Positions 18,248 to 26,417 are shown, counted from the first letter of the stretch. The stretch: 32,000 bases of DNA from Saccharolobus solfataricus (GCF_900079115.1 NZ_LT549890.1:1920001-1952000); one strand, 5' to 3'. Made by a program: numbers and translations. The notes: a model not told the origin generated them from the sequence alone.

Positions 18248-20875
18248 ATGAGATTGCTTAAAATACTACTTTTGGCAATGTTAATTCTTCCATTATTTTC
18301 CTTTTTTACTTTATCCATATCTTTATATGACCAAATACAATTACCTCCTCACTACCTTTTCTATATTAGTGAAAATGCTACACAGGGAAGCGGTATTGAC
18401 GTAATTTTTTACACATCGTCACCAATAACGTTCATGATTATGACTCCTTCACAATTTTATCAATTTAATCAAACGGGTTCATCTCAGTCAATATATTCAA
18501 TTACTACTAATTCCCTTAGTAAATTCTTTCCTCTAAGTGGGCAATATTATATTGTTTTCTATAATAACATTAGTAATAATCCTGTTACGTTAAATTACTA
18601 TATTCTAACAAGACCCTTGCCTACTGGTATAGCCGATTATGGTCTTAAGATTAACAACGGTGTTATTAGTCCTTATATAGAGAAAATTAAAAGTGTAATA
18701 GGTGCTGTTGAAATTAACAAATTACTAGCTTATAATTCGACACCACCAGCTGGTGTAAGTCAATACTCTGCATCTATTCAGTTAAATGTAGTTCTTCAAG
18801 TTAATACTATAGGTGGTTCTCAACAACTTTGGTTACAGAATGTTATACAAATTTATACCAATAACGATTCCTACATATTTTTAGATAATATATGGAATTT
18901 CACTGGTAAAATCTCAATTCTATCTAATAGTACTGTGAAGGGTAATGGAATAGTTTACGTTACTAATAATGGAAATGATTATTACGCATATGGTACCAAT
19001 TTCTCAACACTCTTGATACCCTCTTTAAAATACTTACTCATAAACACATCATACACTTCTCAAGGTCCCATGATATCTTTTGGTTATATGAACCAGAGTG
19101 GTTCACCCATATGGTACGATAATGTCACCATATTAATACCTAATACTTTATCAGCATATATCCTAGTAGATGGTTATAACTTCACTGCAGGAGGGCTTGC
19201 TTACGATGCAGAGCTAATATTAGGTGGTGGAGGTAATGGCGAGTTTACGTTCTTTAATGAATCAAATGTAGAATTAGCTATGATCTATCAATATTTAAAC
19301 GGAACTTTAGCACCCCCTAAATTCCTCTTCCCCTTTGGTCTTGATACTGAGGAATCTGCAGATAACTTATATTCTATTTCATATAATGGCGTTTATTTAG
19401 TGAGTAGTGGTTATCAAGTTATAAACAACTTAAACGAAAACGTATCACAGTTGAGATTTAACGTTGTTAATTACACTAAAGCTACAGACCAGAATTTCCC
19501 ATACATATTTACTATAAACGTCTCTGGCGGAGTTTTACCGTATAAGTTAAACGTTACAATTAGCAATAGCAGTGGAAACGAGTTATCTGGATATACTTAC
19601 GTTCTATTCCCCTCTGTATCAACGTATTATTTATTCTTAAGTCCGCTTTCTCCAGGTAATTATACTGTTAAAATAAAACTTACTGATTTTAATGGAAATT
19701 CAAAATCTTACGAATTCTCACTTACAATAAACCCACCCTTAAAAGTACAAATACTCAACGTAACCAATTATATAGATCTTGCATTGCCATACTTTAACTT
19801 TACCTCAATAATAAGCGGAGGTACTAAGCCATATAACATCATTATTACAATATCTAATGATAGCGGGATATTATCAGAAACATATAAAATTATAAATTAC
19901 ACTTCAATTACATATTACGCAGTAAACATGAAGGGCTATAGTATAGGAAAATACACCATTCAAATAGAAGTTGAGGATTACGCAGGTAGTATAAATATTT
20001 CAAAATATAATTTCACTATCAATCCCAATCCCTATATTTCTACATTAAGTTATACCTCTGAGACAGATAAGGGATTAAGGGAAGTAATAAAGGCTATAGG
20101 TAAAGGAGGATCTGGAAGCCTTATATATTACTGGTACGTTAATAACTCTTTAGTAAGTAGTGGAATTGGGGATGAACTGTATAATTTCACGCCTTCTAAT
20201 ATTGGCGAATATAACATTACTGTTATGGTAAAAGACGTTCTAGGGGTATCGTCAGCGAAGAGCGTTATTATAAAGGTTAACCCTGATCCCGTAGTTGAGT
20301 TATCAGTACCTAAAACTACTATAGATTCTGGAGCTGAGTTTCCAGTTAACGCTACAGTATCTCTAGGAACACCACCCTACTATATTTCTTGGTATATTAA
20401 CGGAAGTTATGTGGGTAATGAATCCATTAAGGAACTAAATTTAAGCAGTATAGGAGTTTATATAATAACGGTAACGGTAAGAGATTCTGCAGGTTATATA
20501 ATAAATATGAGTAAACCAGTGTTAATAGTCCCACCTCCTTCGTTAAGTGTTAAAGAACAAACTCAAGGAAACTTCATTCAGTATAATACATCAATTGCAT
20601 TATCGGCTTCAGTTAATGGCGGAACTGATCCGTATTATCTTATCTTCTTAAACGGTAAACTTGTAGGTAACTACTCATCAACAACCCAGTTACAGTTTAA
20701 GTTGCAAAACGGTGAAAATAATATTACGCTAATAGCTAAAGATTTATGGGGTAAGACTGCTGTGAAAACGTTAATAGTTAACTCTGGATATAATTACGTA
20801 GGCATAGGAATTATTGCGGGTATAATCTTAATAATAGTTATAGTTGTTATACTAGTAATCAGTAAAAGAAAATAA
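18248..20875 (+). CDS. thermopsin-family (peptidase A5-like) surface glycoprotein with five PKD/Ig-like repeats and a C-terminal anchor
   Basis: Signal-like N-terminus. PLPTGIADYG...YSASIQLNVVLQVNT...LWLQNV is paralogous to the 5667-7379 product. It continues with five repeats of about 80-97 aa and a C-terminal TM (IGIIAGIILIIVIVVILVI) followed by SKRK. Very sequon-rich. Confidence 0.75.
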   Translation: MRLLKILLLAMLILPLFSFFTLSISLYDQIQLPPHYLFYISENATQGSGIDVIFYTSSPITFMIMTPSQFYQFNQTGSSQSIYSITTNSLSKFFPLSGQYYIVFYNNISNNPVTLNYYILTRPLPTGIADYGLKINNGVISPYIEKIKSVIGAVEINKLLAYNSTPPAGVSQYSASIQLNVVLQVNTIGGSQQLWLQNVIQIYTNNDSYIFLDNIWNFTGKISILSNSTVKGNGIVYVTNNGNDYYAYGTNFSTLLIPSLKYLLINTSYTSQGPMISFGYMNQSGSPIWYDNVTILIPNTLSAYILVDGYNFTAGGLAYDAELILGGGGNGEFTFFNESNVELAMIYQYLNGTLAPPKFLFPFGLDTEESADNLYSISYNGVYLVSSGYQVINNLNENVSQLRFNVVNYTKATDQNFPYIFTINVSGGVLPYKLNVTISNSSGNELSGYTYVLFPSVSTYYLFLSPLSPGNYTVKIKLTDFNGNSKSYEFSLTINPPLKVQILNVTNYIDLALPYFNFTSIISGGTKPYNIIITISNDSGILSETYKIINYTSITYYAVNMKGYSIGKYTIQIEVEDYAGSINISKYNFTINPNPYISTLSYTSETDKGLREVIKAIGKGGSGSLIYYWYVNNSLVSSGIGDELYNFTPSNIGEYNITVMVKDVLGVSSAKSVIIKVNPDPVVELSVPKTTIDSGAEFPVNATVSLGTPPYYISWYINGSYVGNESIKELNLSSIGVYIITVTVRDSAGYIINMSKPVLIVPPPSLSVKEQTQGNFIQYNTSIALSASVNGGTDPYYLIFLNGKLVGNYSSTTQLQFKLQNGENNITLIAKDLWGKTAVKTLIVNSGYNYVGIGIIAGIILIIVIVVILVISKRK
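19457..20785 (+). repeat. five tandem PKD-like domain repeats (protein-level) inside the 875-aa ORF
   Basis: Recurring motifs are SGG(V/T)xPY, GGTDPYY, G.Y.(I/V).(I/V).V.D..G and (I/V)NP at about 85-aa spacing. Repeats begin near FNVVNYT, QILNVTN, STLSYTS, ELSVPKT and SVKEQTQ. Confidence 0.6.
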
Positions 20876-21098
20876 TTTTTAATTCTTTCTGCTATTCTCT
20901 ACAGCTTAGACAGCAGTTTCGTTAATTTAGTATCATATAGATTAGAAACTCATTTTCAATTCAACATAAAATTCTATAGTAAAAATTGAATATTATAGTT
21001 TTTCCTTCTAATTTCTACTAAATATTTACATGTCAATGAAAGCCGATTTAAGGGAATTTAAACTACGCTTCATGAGTGAAATTGTTGCCTACACTGAA

Positions 21099-21245
21099 GG
21101 GAGCATTAAACTTATTTATGACGTTTTCAAGCGCTACAAGTACTAATATATTACAGTCCGATATTAGTAATTCCTTATTTGCGACCTTTCTTCCTTCAAG
21201 CTATCTATTATAACACTTTTCCCTTCTTTTGTTTCAATCAATCGT
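21099..21245 (-). pseudogene. internal fragment of a glutamate dehydrogenase gene (inverted relative to gdhA)
   Basis: 21099-21200 is 95/102 identical to the reverse complement of gdhA 17522-17623. On the minus strand it reads [33 protein letters not shown], versus gdh[34 protein letters not shown]. Weaker, indel-containing similarity continues to about 21245. There is no start, no stop and no flanking gdh sequence. Confidence 0.85.
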
Positions 21246-21540
21246 AACCTATTATTAAAATTTTATCCATAAGCTTATAAGAATAAAGGATTGTAAAATT
21301 AAAACTATTTCTTGACATAGATATAAGCTCATCTTTTACTTTTTCATTTTTTACGTTGTCTGGCACTATCACTACATAATACTTAGCAGTAGGTACAAAA
21401 GTCTTGAAAAATTTCTGAGCATCAACTATCAAACTGGGACTAACGAACCTAACAAACTTCACACTTCCACTTTTACTTATCATTTTAATTAGGCTATCCT
21501 CAACATGTTCTGATAACTCCTCAATTGGTATAACTACCAT
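21238..21540 (-). CDS. small hypothetical protein (100 aa), paralog of the 24186-24536 product
   Basis: The ORF has an AT-rich upstream region. It shares blocks with the 116-aa ORF: QKFFKTFVPTAKYYVVIV versus EKFFSTFLPYSVKYFVVIS, and KILIIGY versus SMIIIGL. The alternating pattern suggests a small alpha/beta fold. Confidence 0.5.
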   Translation of the reverse strand: MVVIPIEELSEHVEDSLIKMISKSGSVKFVRFVSPSLIVDAQKFFKTFVPTAKYYVVIVPDNVKNEKVKDELISMSRNSFNFTILYSYKLMDKILIIGYD

Positions 21541-21658
21541 TATATTTATGTATATTTTCCATGGTTAATAAGTATACATGTATAATATTCCATAAGAAGT
21601 ATATAGGATTTATACAATTTATACTGCAATACTTAAATAGAAAAGATAAGTAGAAAGC

Positions 21659-23077
21659 TCACGCATGTTGCCCCGTCTTAATTACGTAATTCCTAGTGAA
21701 TAAAGCAACGATAAGGTTTAGGACCATTATACCGACTGCAGCAGTATACATGTAATGAAAGGCTGAATAAGATGGTACTTGAGCTAACGGTACAATTTGA
21801 TCGTTAAAATCGTATATTATCCATGTAGTGTAGGTGTCCATAAACACTGTTGAGATTACTGGGCCAATTGAACTTCCGATAGTTCTTATTAAAGTGTTCA
21901 TTCCTATTCCTATTCCTCTTTGTTCCTCTGGTAAAGATACTGCGACCATATTAACTAATGGAATCATAATATTAACTAACCCTACAGCAGTTATCATGAC
22001 ATCAAGTACAACTTCATATACGCTATACCTAAAAGTATCTAGAAGCAAATAACCAAAAATGCTAATTACAGAACCTATGATAAGTAATGGCTTAGGTCCA
22101 GTAGCGTTAATCAATCTACCTACTATCGGTCCGACAATCATCATTACTAAAGCTACAGGTGCCATTAACAGCCCAGATTCTATTATGGATAAGCCTAGTC
22201 CATAGGGTTGAGGTAGTTGAAGATAATAGACTAATCCTGTAAACATTAAAAACATTCCAGCTCCAGATATTAGCCCAGCTATATTTGCTACCATTATATT
22301 TCTTACTCCAAATAACTCAAGTCTCATCAAGGGTTCATTGGCTCTTCTCTCTACCAATAAAAATATGGGAAATGCTATTACTGAAATCGCAATCAATAAC
22401 AATTGACTAAGTGAAGTCCAACCAACATTAGGACCATTAGATAAATATACTAATAACGGAACTACTGTTAGCATAAGAAATGTTGCCCCTAAATAATCTA
22501 TCTTCTCCCTAGTCTTCTCGGGGATCTCAACTATGTACTTTGCGGAAATTATTACTAGAATTATTGATAGTAAAAATGCGGTATGAAACGCATAAGGCCA
22601 TCCAAGATCTTGAACTATATAGGAACCTACTAATAATCCTAAGGCTGGACCGGCTGCGAGTGTCGCACTTAAAATACCTTGAGCCCATGCAACTCGCTCT
22701 TTGGGAAATAGGTCAGTTATAATGGCTATTGCAAGAGGAAACGTTGCATAGCCTAATCCTTGAATCGCCCTAGCGAAAATTAAAAAGTAGATGTTAGTTG
22801 AGAACCCAGCTAATAATACAGCTAACGAGTAAAACCCAATAGATAAGAGGTAAACTTTCTTCTTCCCATATCTATCACCAAGTTTTCCAAAAAGTGGTGA
22901 TGCAATTGCACCAACTATGAGATAGGCTGATGTTATCCATGCAACCGTTGTGGCTGTAGTAGAGAATTGTGTTTCGATTTTCGGCAGTGCAGGTATAACC
23001 ATTGTCTCAACGTAATTTACTAAAGTTAACATTAGAGTGAGGGTAATTAAAGTACGCATTGCTTCTTTAGAGTCCAT
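21659..23077 (-). CDS. MFS drug:H+ antiporter, DHA2 (EmrB/QacA-like, 14-TMS) family
   Basis: 472 aa. The N-terminal ALPKIETQFSTTATTVAWITSAYLIVGAIASPLFGKLGDRYGKKK matches the DHA2 motif arrangement. About 14 hydrophobic segments. Confidence 0.8.
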   Translation of the reverse strand: MDSKEAMRTLITLTLMLTLVNYVETMVIPALPKIETQFSTTATTVAWITSAYLIVGAIASPLFGKLGDRYGKKKVYLLSIGFYSLAVLLAGFSTNIYFLIFARAIQGLGYATFPLAIAIITDLFPKERVAWAQGILSATLAAGPALGLLVGSYIVQDLGWPYAFHTAFLLSIILVIISAKYIVEIPEKTREKIDYLGATFLMLTVVPLLVYLSNGPNVGWTSLSQLLLIAISVIAFPIFLLVERRANEPLMRLELFGVRNIMVANIAGLISGAGMFLMFTGLVYYLQLPQPYGLGLSIIESGLLMAPVALVMMIVGPIVGRLINATGPKPLLIIGSVISIFGYLLLDTFRYSVYEVVLDVMITAVGLVNIMIPLVNMVAVSLPEEQRGIGIGMNTLIRTIGSSIGPVISTVFMDTYTTWIIYDFNDQIVPLAQVPSYSAFHYMYTAAVGIMVLNLIVALFTRNYVIKTGQHA

Positions 23078-23295
23078 AAAGAAAAGAGCGATATAAAGAC
23101 AAATAAATTTTTCGATATATCTTTTTCAATGAACATAAAAGAATGATATAGTGTTAACTCTTTACCATAAATAGTAATGCTTTTAGTTACAACTTAGTTA
23201 TGATAAGCAACTATACTTCATCACACTTTAAAGGGCAATGCATTTTCATTCAATATTGACGTCTAAGGTTGACCAAACCTTTTTACTGATATTTC

Positions 23296-23418
23296 TTATA
23301 TAGGTGGAGGGGTATGAGTGGGGCAATGCCCCGTGACTTTGGTGAGGCCCAAGGGCTGAGAATTAGATACAAATTCATGAAAATTCAATAAAGCCCAAAC
23401 CCCACTCTCTATCATCAT
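23296..23418 (-). pseudogene. truncated remnant, possibly the N-terminus of a PIN-domain (VapC-like) toxin
   Basis: 40-codon ORF MMIESGVWALLNF... whose ATG overlaps the stop of the upstream antitoxin-like frame (ATGA), as in TA operons. It is far too short for a PIN domain (about 130 aa), and its distal part is unusually GC-rich. Confidence 0.3.
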
Positions 23419-23650
23419 TTTGAGTGCCTTCCTAATGCGTCCCTTTCAGCCTCCTTTTCAGTAATTTCTTTCAGCTCCTTAACACTAAGCTCAGTTCTAA
23501 TTATGCCGTAAGTTTCAGCCAAGGGGTCCTTAGGAATAGGTATACCGACGAAGAAAGTCCCTGCCTCAATTATTATTACCGAGTCAGCATTAGCTAGATT
23601 TTTAGGAAGCTTTATCTACCTCTATCATCCACTTTTACAACATATGCCAT
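23415..23650 (-). pseudogene. frameshifted SpoVT/AbrB-type antitoxin (VapB-like) gene
   Basis: The minus strand reads ATG GCA TAT GTT GTA AAA GTG GAT GAT AGA GGT AGA TAA (MAYVVKVDDRGR*). Shifting the frame by one nt continues with IKLPKNLANADSVIIIEAGTFFVGIPIPKDPLAETYGIIRTELSVKELKEITEKEAERDALGRHSK*. The joined VKVDDRGRIKLPK is the classic AbrB-fold motif. The break lies in GGTAGATAAAGC (23609-23620) and is consistent with loss of one A. Confidence 0.65.
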
Positions 23651-24185
23651 GATTTATATTATAAATCCCCGAGATTATTAACTTTTCCCCACTTATGCAG
23701 ATTTGTCCCACATAGCCTCAAGCTTGTTATGCTTTATTACGATCTTGTTTTTTATCTTGCTACCCCAAGAGTGTTTGGAGTAGTTAAGGTCTAATAATTT
23801 GATTGAGTCTTTGCTTGAGTAGTAGGTGTTTTGGTACGTTTCATTCTCCTTGGAGGATTTTGTAGATCACCTTGACCATTGCTTTTGAGTATAGATTATC
23901 AAATTATTGTTCATAATAATATTATTACTATGCTTCTTATTTTTCTCGATACACTGTTATTTAATCAAGTATTCCCTTATAGACTTACACTAATCTAGAG
24001 ATAATATTATAATTACTAACGGATCCTAATCGCTTCTCTCCCTAACATACTTAAGGTTTTTGCATAAATTTAGAGAGATCCTTGCCCTTTAAACTACAAG
24101 TATATTTACACACATAAACCTTGTCCTTGAAATCTGATGAAGTGTAAAGAAGTTAAATTAATATATAACTTAGGATACTTTATAT

Positions 24186-24536
24186 ATGATGGAACACTTA
24201 AGTGTTAAAGAACTTGAAAATTATCTTGATGATGATTTATTAAAGCTTTTAAAGAAAGAAGATATAAGACACATATTCCTTATAAATACAAAAATCATCT
24301 CAAACTTTGAAAAATTCTTTAGCACGTTCCTTCCATACAGTGTCAAATATTTCGTAGTAATATCTTCTGATTTACCAGTTAAGATAATTAAGGAAAGTTT
24401 AATTAGAGCTAAAGATACACTAGAAGTATCGTGCTATATCACATCTAAACTACCACAGAAATCAATGATAATAATTGGACTACAATCCGTAAGTGAGAGA
24501 GAAGAATCAAAGGAGCTTTCAGCATTCCGAACTTAA
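24186..24536 (+). CDS. small hypothetical protein (116 aa), paralog of the 21238-21540 product
   Basis: See 21238-21540. By-eye identity is roughly 30% over about 95 aa. The two genes are in inverted orientation. Confidence 0.5.
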   Translation: MMEHLSVKELENYLDDDLLKLLKKEDIRHIFLINTKIISNFEKFFSTFLPYSVKYFVVISSDLPVKIIKESLIRAKDTLEVSCYITSKLPQKSMIIIGLQSVSEREESKELSAFRT

Positions 24537-24545
24537 TCTTTCCTC

Positions 24546-25061
24546 TTATTTTCTCTTCTTCTTGGTCTGTAAAATTGTATATAAGACTATTGAAAATGTT
24601 GCAACTAGTACCATTACAATAACCCCATTACTGTAAAAAGTGTTTAAGGCTAAAGGAGATGAAGAGGTAGAAATGAATGAAACATTCGTAAGATTTCCAC
24701 CAAAATTATTACTGTCGTTTACTTGCACAGAGCTTATTGTAATGTTTGCATAATAACTCCCATTATAAACTATTGAGAATGTTTTGTTAATCAGATAATA
24801 AGGTACAATTATTTCCGAGAAATTGGTGCTATTCTTTATTGCTAATAACTTATCAATAGTTTGAGGTTCTACTGTAAAGTTCTTTACACTTACTACAAAT
24901 TTTATACCAATAGTGGAGTTCTCAACGCTTTGAACTAATGGAAAATTCTCATTTACGTTAACATGTATTATATAATTGCCTAGCATAAACGTTTTCGAAA
25001 TTACGGTTATTATCAGTAATAGAAGAAATGAGAATTTCATTACTATCTCTACACTTTTCAC
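24546..25061 (-). CDS. hypothetical secreted, C-terminally anchored glycoprotein
   Basis: Signal-like MKFSFLLLLIITVIS (likely start at 25040), about 13 N-x-S/T sequons, and a C-terminal TM (VIVMVLVATFSIVLYTIL) followed by KKKRK. Confidence 0.55.
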   Translation of the reverse strand: MKSVEIVMKFSFLLLLIITVISKTFMLGNYIIHVNVNENFPLVQSVENSTIGIKFVVSVKNFTVEPQTIDKLLAIKNSTNFSEIIVPYYLINKTFSIVYNGSYYANITISSVQVNDSNNFGGNLTNVSFISTSSSPLALNTFYSNGVIVMVLVATFSIVLYTILQTKKKRK

Positions 25062-25105
25062 TCTTCAATAAAAGGTTTTTTAGTAATCCCAACATTAATG
25101 AAAAT

Positions 25106-25513
25106 ATGGACTTAATAGAACTACTTAAATTTGAACATGGTATATTTAGAATAAGGTTCTATTTTCTGGAAAAAGTTGATAATTCTTTGCAGGAATTGGA
25201 AACATTACATGACTTCATAGTTAATGTTCACGCGAAGATGGAGGACTTGTATGTCTTTAAAGATATACCAGAAGCCAAGCCTTATTCAAACGACCATAAA
25301 CTAATTGAGAAGTACGGTGATACGATAATAAAGGAGAAGAGAAAAGATTGGGTACCTAGGTATATGAAAATAGTGTTAGATCATAATCTGAATGAAGAGA
25401 AATACGTATTTCCGAAGGTAAAAGAAAGAAAAGGTTTGGTCTTAGACATTATAGAACAATATGGCTTTGAAAACTATCAAAAAATTACTGGTATAGATAT
25501 AAGAAATTTCTAA
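25106..25513 (+). CDS. hypothetical protein, possibly hemerythrin/HHE-like four-helix protein
   Basis: The track ORF starts at 25028 and would overlap the divergent gene, so ATG 25106 (MDLIELLKFEHGIF...) is more plausible. The FEH ... NVHAKMEDLYVF ... DH spacing resembles HHE cation-binding motifs. Weak assignment. Confidence 0.4.
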   Translation: MDLIELLKFEHGIFRIRFYFLEKVDNSLQELETLHDFIVNVHAKMEDLYVFKDIPEAKPYSNDHKLIEKYGDTIIKEKRKDWVPRYMKIVLDHNLNEEKYVFPKVKERKGLVLDIIEQYGFENYQKITGIDIRNF

Positions 25514-25611
25514 ATAGTGTAAACAAAGCTACACGTCATGCACCTATACAATCTTTTCTTCTTATTAAGTAATATAGCTCTCGCCGAACCGCATCTAGGA
25601 CAAAAACGCAT
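25510..25611 (-). CDS. 33-aa C4 zinc-ribbon mini-protein (not in the supplied ORF track)
   Basis: The minus-strand ORF ATG...TAG encodes MRFCPRCGSARAILLNKKKRLYRCMTCSFVYTI: two CxxC knuckles 16 residues apart and a basic linker. It starts 17 nt after the LigB-type gene stop. A TTTTAT box lies about 27 nt upstream, inside the last LigB codons. The 3' end overlaps the convergent 25106-25513 gene by 4 nt. Confidence 0.55.
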   Translation of the reverse strand: MRFCPRCGSARAILLNKKKRLYRCMTCSFVYTI

Positions 25612-25628
25612 GTCTAAAAATGAGTCTT

Positions 25629-26417
25629 TTACTCATAAAAGCTTGCGGCTAGCATACTAACTCCGGGCCAAGGTGTATCATATCCTAGTATCTCAGCCTT
25701 CTTTGGTTTAATATACCCTAAGAGCATGTGTAGAGTATTTAAATTTCCCTCTGGCATTGCAGTCTGATACTCCTTAGGATAAAGTTCACTAATTTTTAAT
25801 ATTTTCTCAAATTCACCAGATTTTATTAGATCCATTAATATCGCATCGAATTTTGTAGGTTTAGGAGTTATCTTAAAGTAAAACAAGTCTAACCTATGAG
25901 TTGGTGAACCAGTGGCTAAAAACACTGCTTTCCTTCCAAGTTTCTCTACTGCTTTCCTAATCTTTTCACCTATTTCATAGTGTGATTCTGGCGAATTGTC
26001 AGTAATTGATATTGTTACAACTTTTGGTTTATACTCGGGAAACATGTAGAAGAGGGGAATCCACGCACCGTGATCTAATCCCCATTTATCATCTTTCACT
26101 ACTTTTCCCTCAGCGTTTTTCACTATTTCTTCAACTAGTTCAGTGTCATTTAACGCGTTATAACAGTATTTATAAGTCTCATCTGGGAAATCGTAATAAT
26201 CTTGAATACACTCTAGCTTCTCACTGCTTTCAATATAGAAGGTTTCCGTCCATGAGACGAAATGGGGACTTGAGACTATTATTGTTTCTGGTTTATACTT
26301 CTCCTCAATTTCCTTTCCTACTCTTCTCAATAAGTCCTTCCACTTATTCTCATCAATCAGTATTGTAGGAGAACCATGAGATATAAATAAGCCAATTGTC
26401 ATTAACAAGAACTCCAA
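25629..26417 (-). CDS. class III extradiol ring-cleavage dioxygenase, LigB/DODA (YgiD-like) family
   Basis: [30 protein letters not shown] and ATGSPTH are in the same order as in YgiD-type 4,5-DOPA dioxygenases. The probable start is ATG 26402 ([12 protein letters not shown]). Confidence 0.8.
   Translation of the reverse strand: MEFLLMTIGLFISHGSPTILIDENKWKDLLRRVGKEIEEKYKPETIIVSSPHFVSWTETFYIESSEKLECIQDYYDFPDETYKYCYNALNDTELVEEIVKNAEGKVVKDDKWGLDHGAWIPLFYMFPEYKPKVVTISITDNSPESHYEIGEKIRKAVEKLGRKAVFLATGSPTHRLDLFYFKITPKPTKFDAILMDLIKSGEFEKILKISELYPKEYQTAMPEGNLNTLHMLLGYIKPKKAEILGYDTPWPGVSMLAASFYE

Noticed and set aside
21030-21146. 38-aa plus-strand ORF ([38 protein letters not shown]) across the gdh fragment.
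   Set aside because: Its C-terminal half is the antisense reading of the gdh-derived segment. The same antisense frame is open inside the real gdhA (track ORF 17576-17788), so it is an echo of gdh codon structure, not an independent gene.
23303-23370. GC-rich patch (GGTGGAGGGGTATGAGTGGGGCAATGCCCCGTGACTTTGGTGAGGCCCAAGGGCTGAG) considered as a tRNA or C/D-box sRNA. It has ATGAGTG / GTGA / TGAGG / CTGA box-like elements and a GGGGC-AAT-GCCCC hairpin.
   Set aside because: There is no cloverleaf, no T-arm GGTTC(G/A)A motif and no acceptor pairing. The C box deviates from RUGAUGA, and the second guide spacer would be only about 6 nt instead of about 12. It more likely belongs to the decayed coding remnant or to a mobile-element scar.
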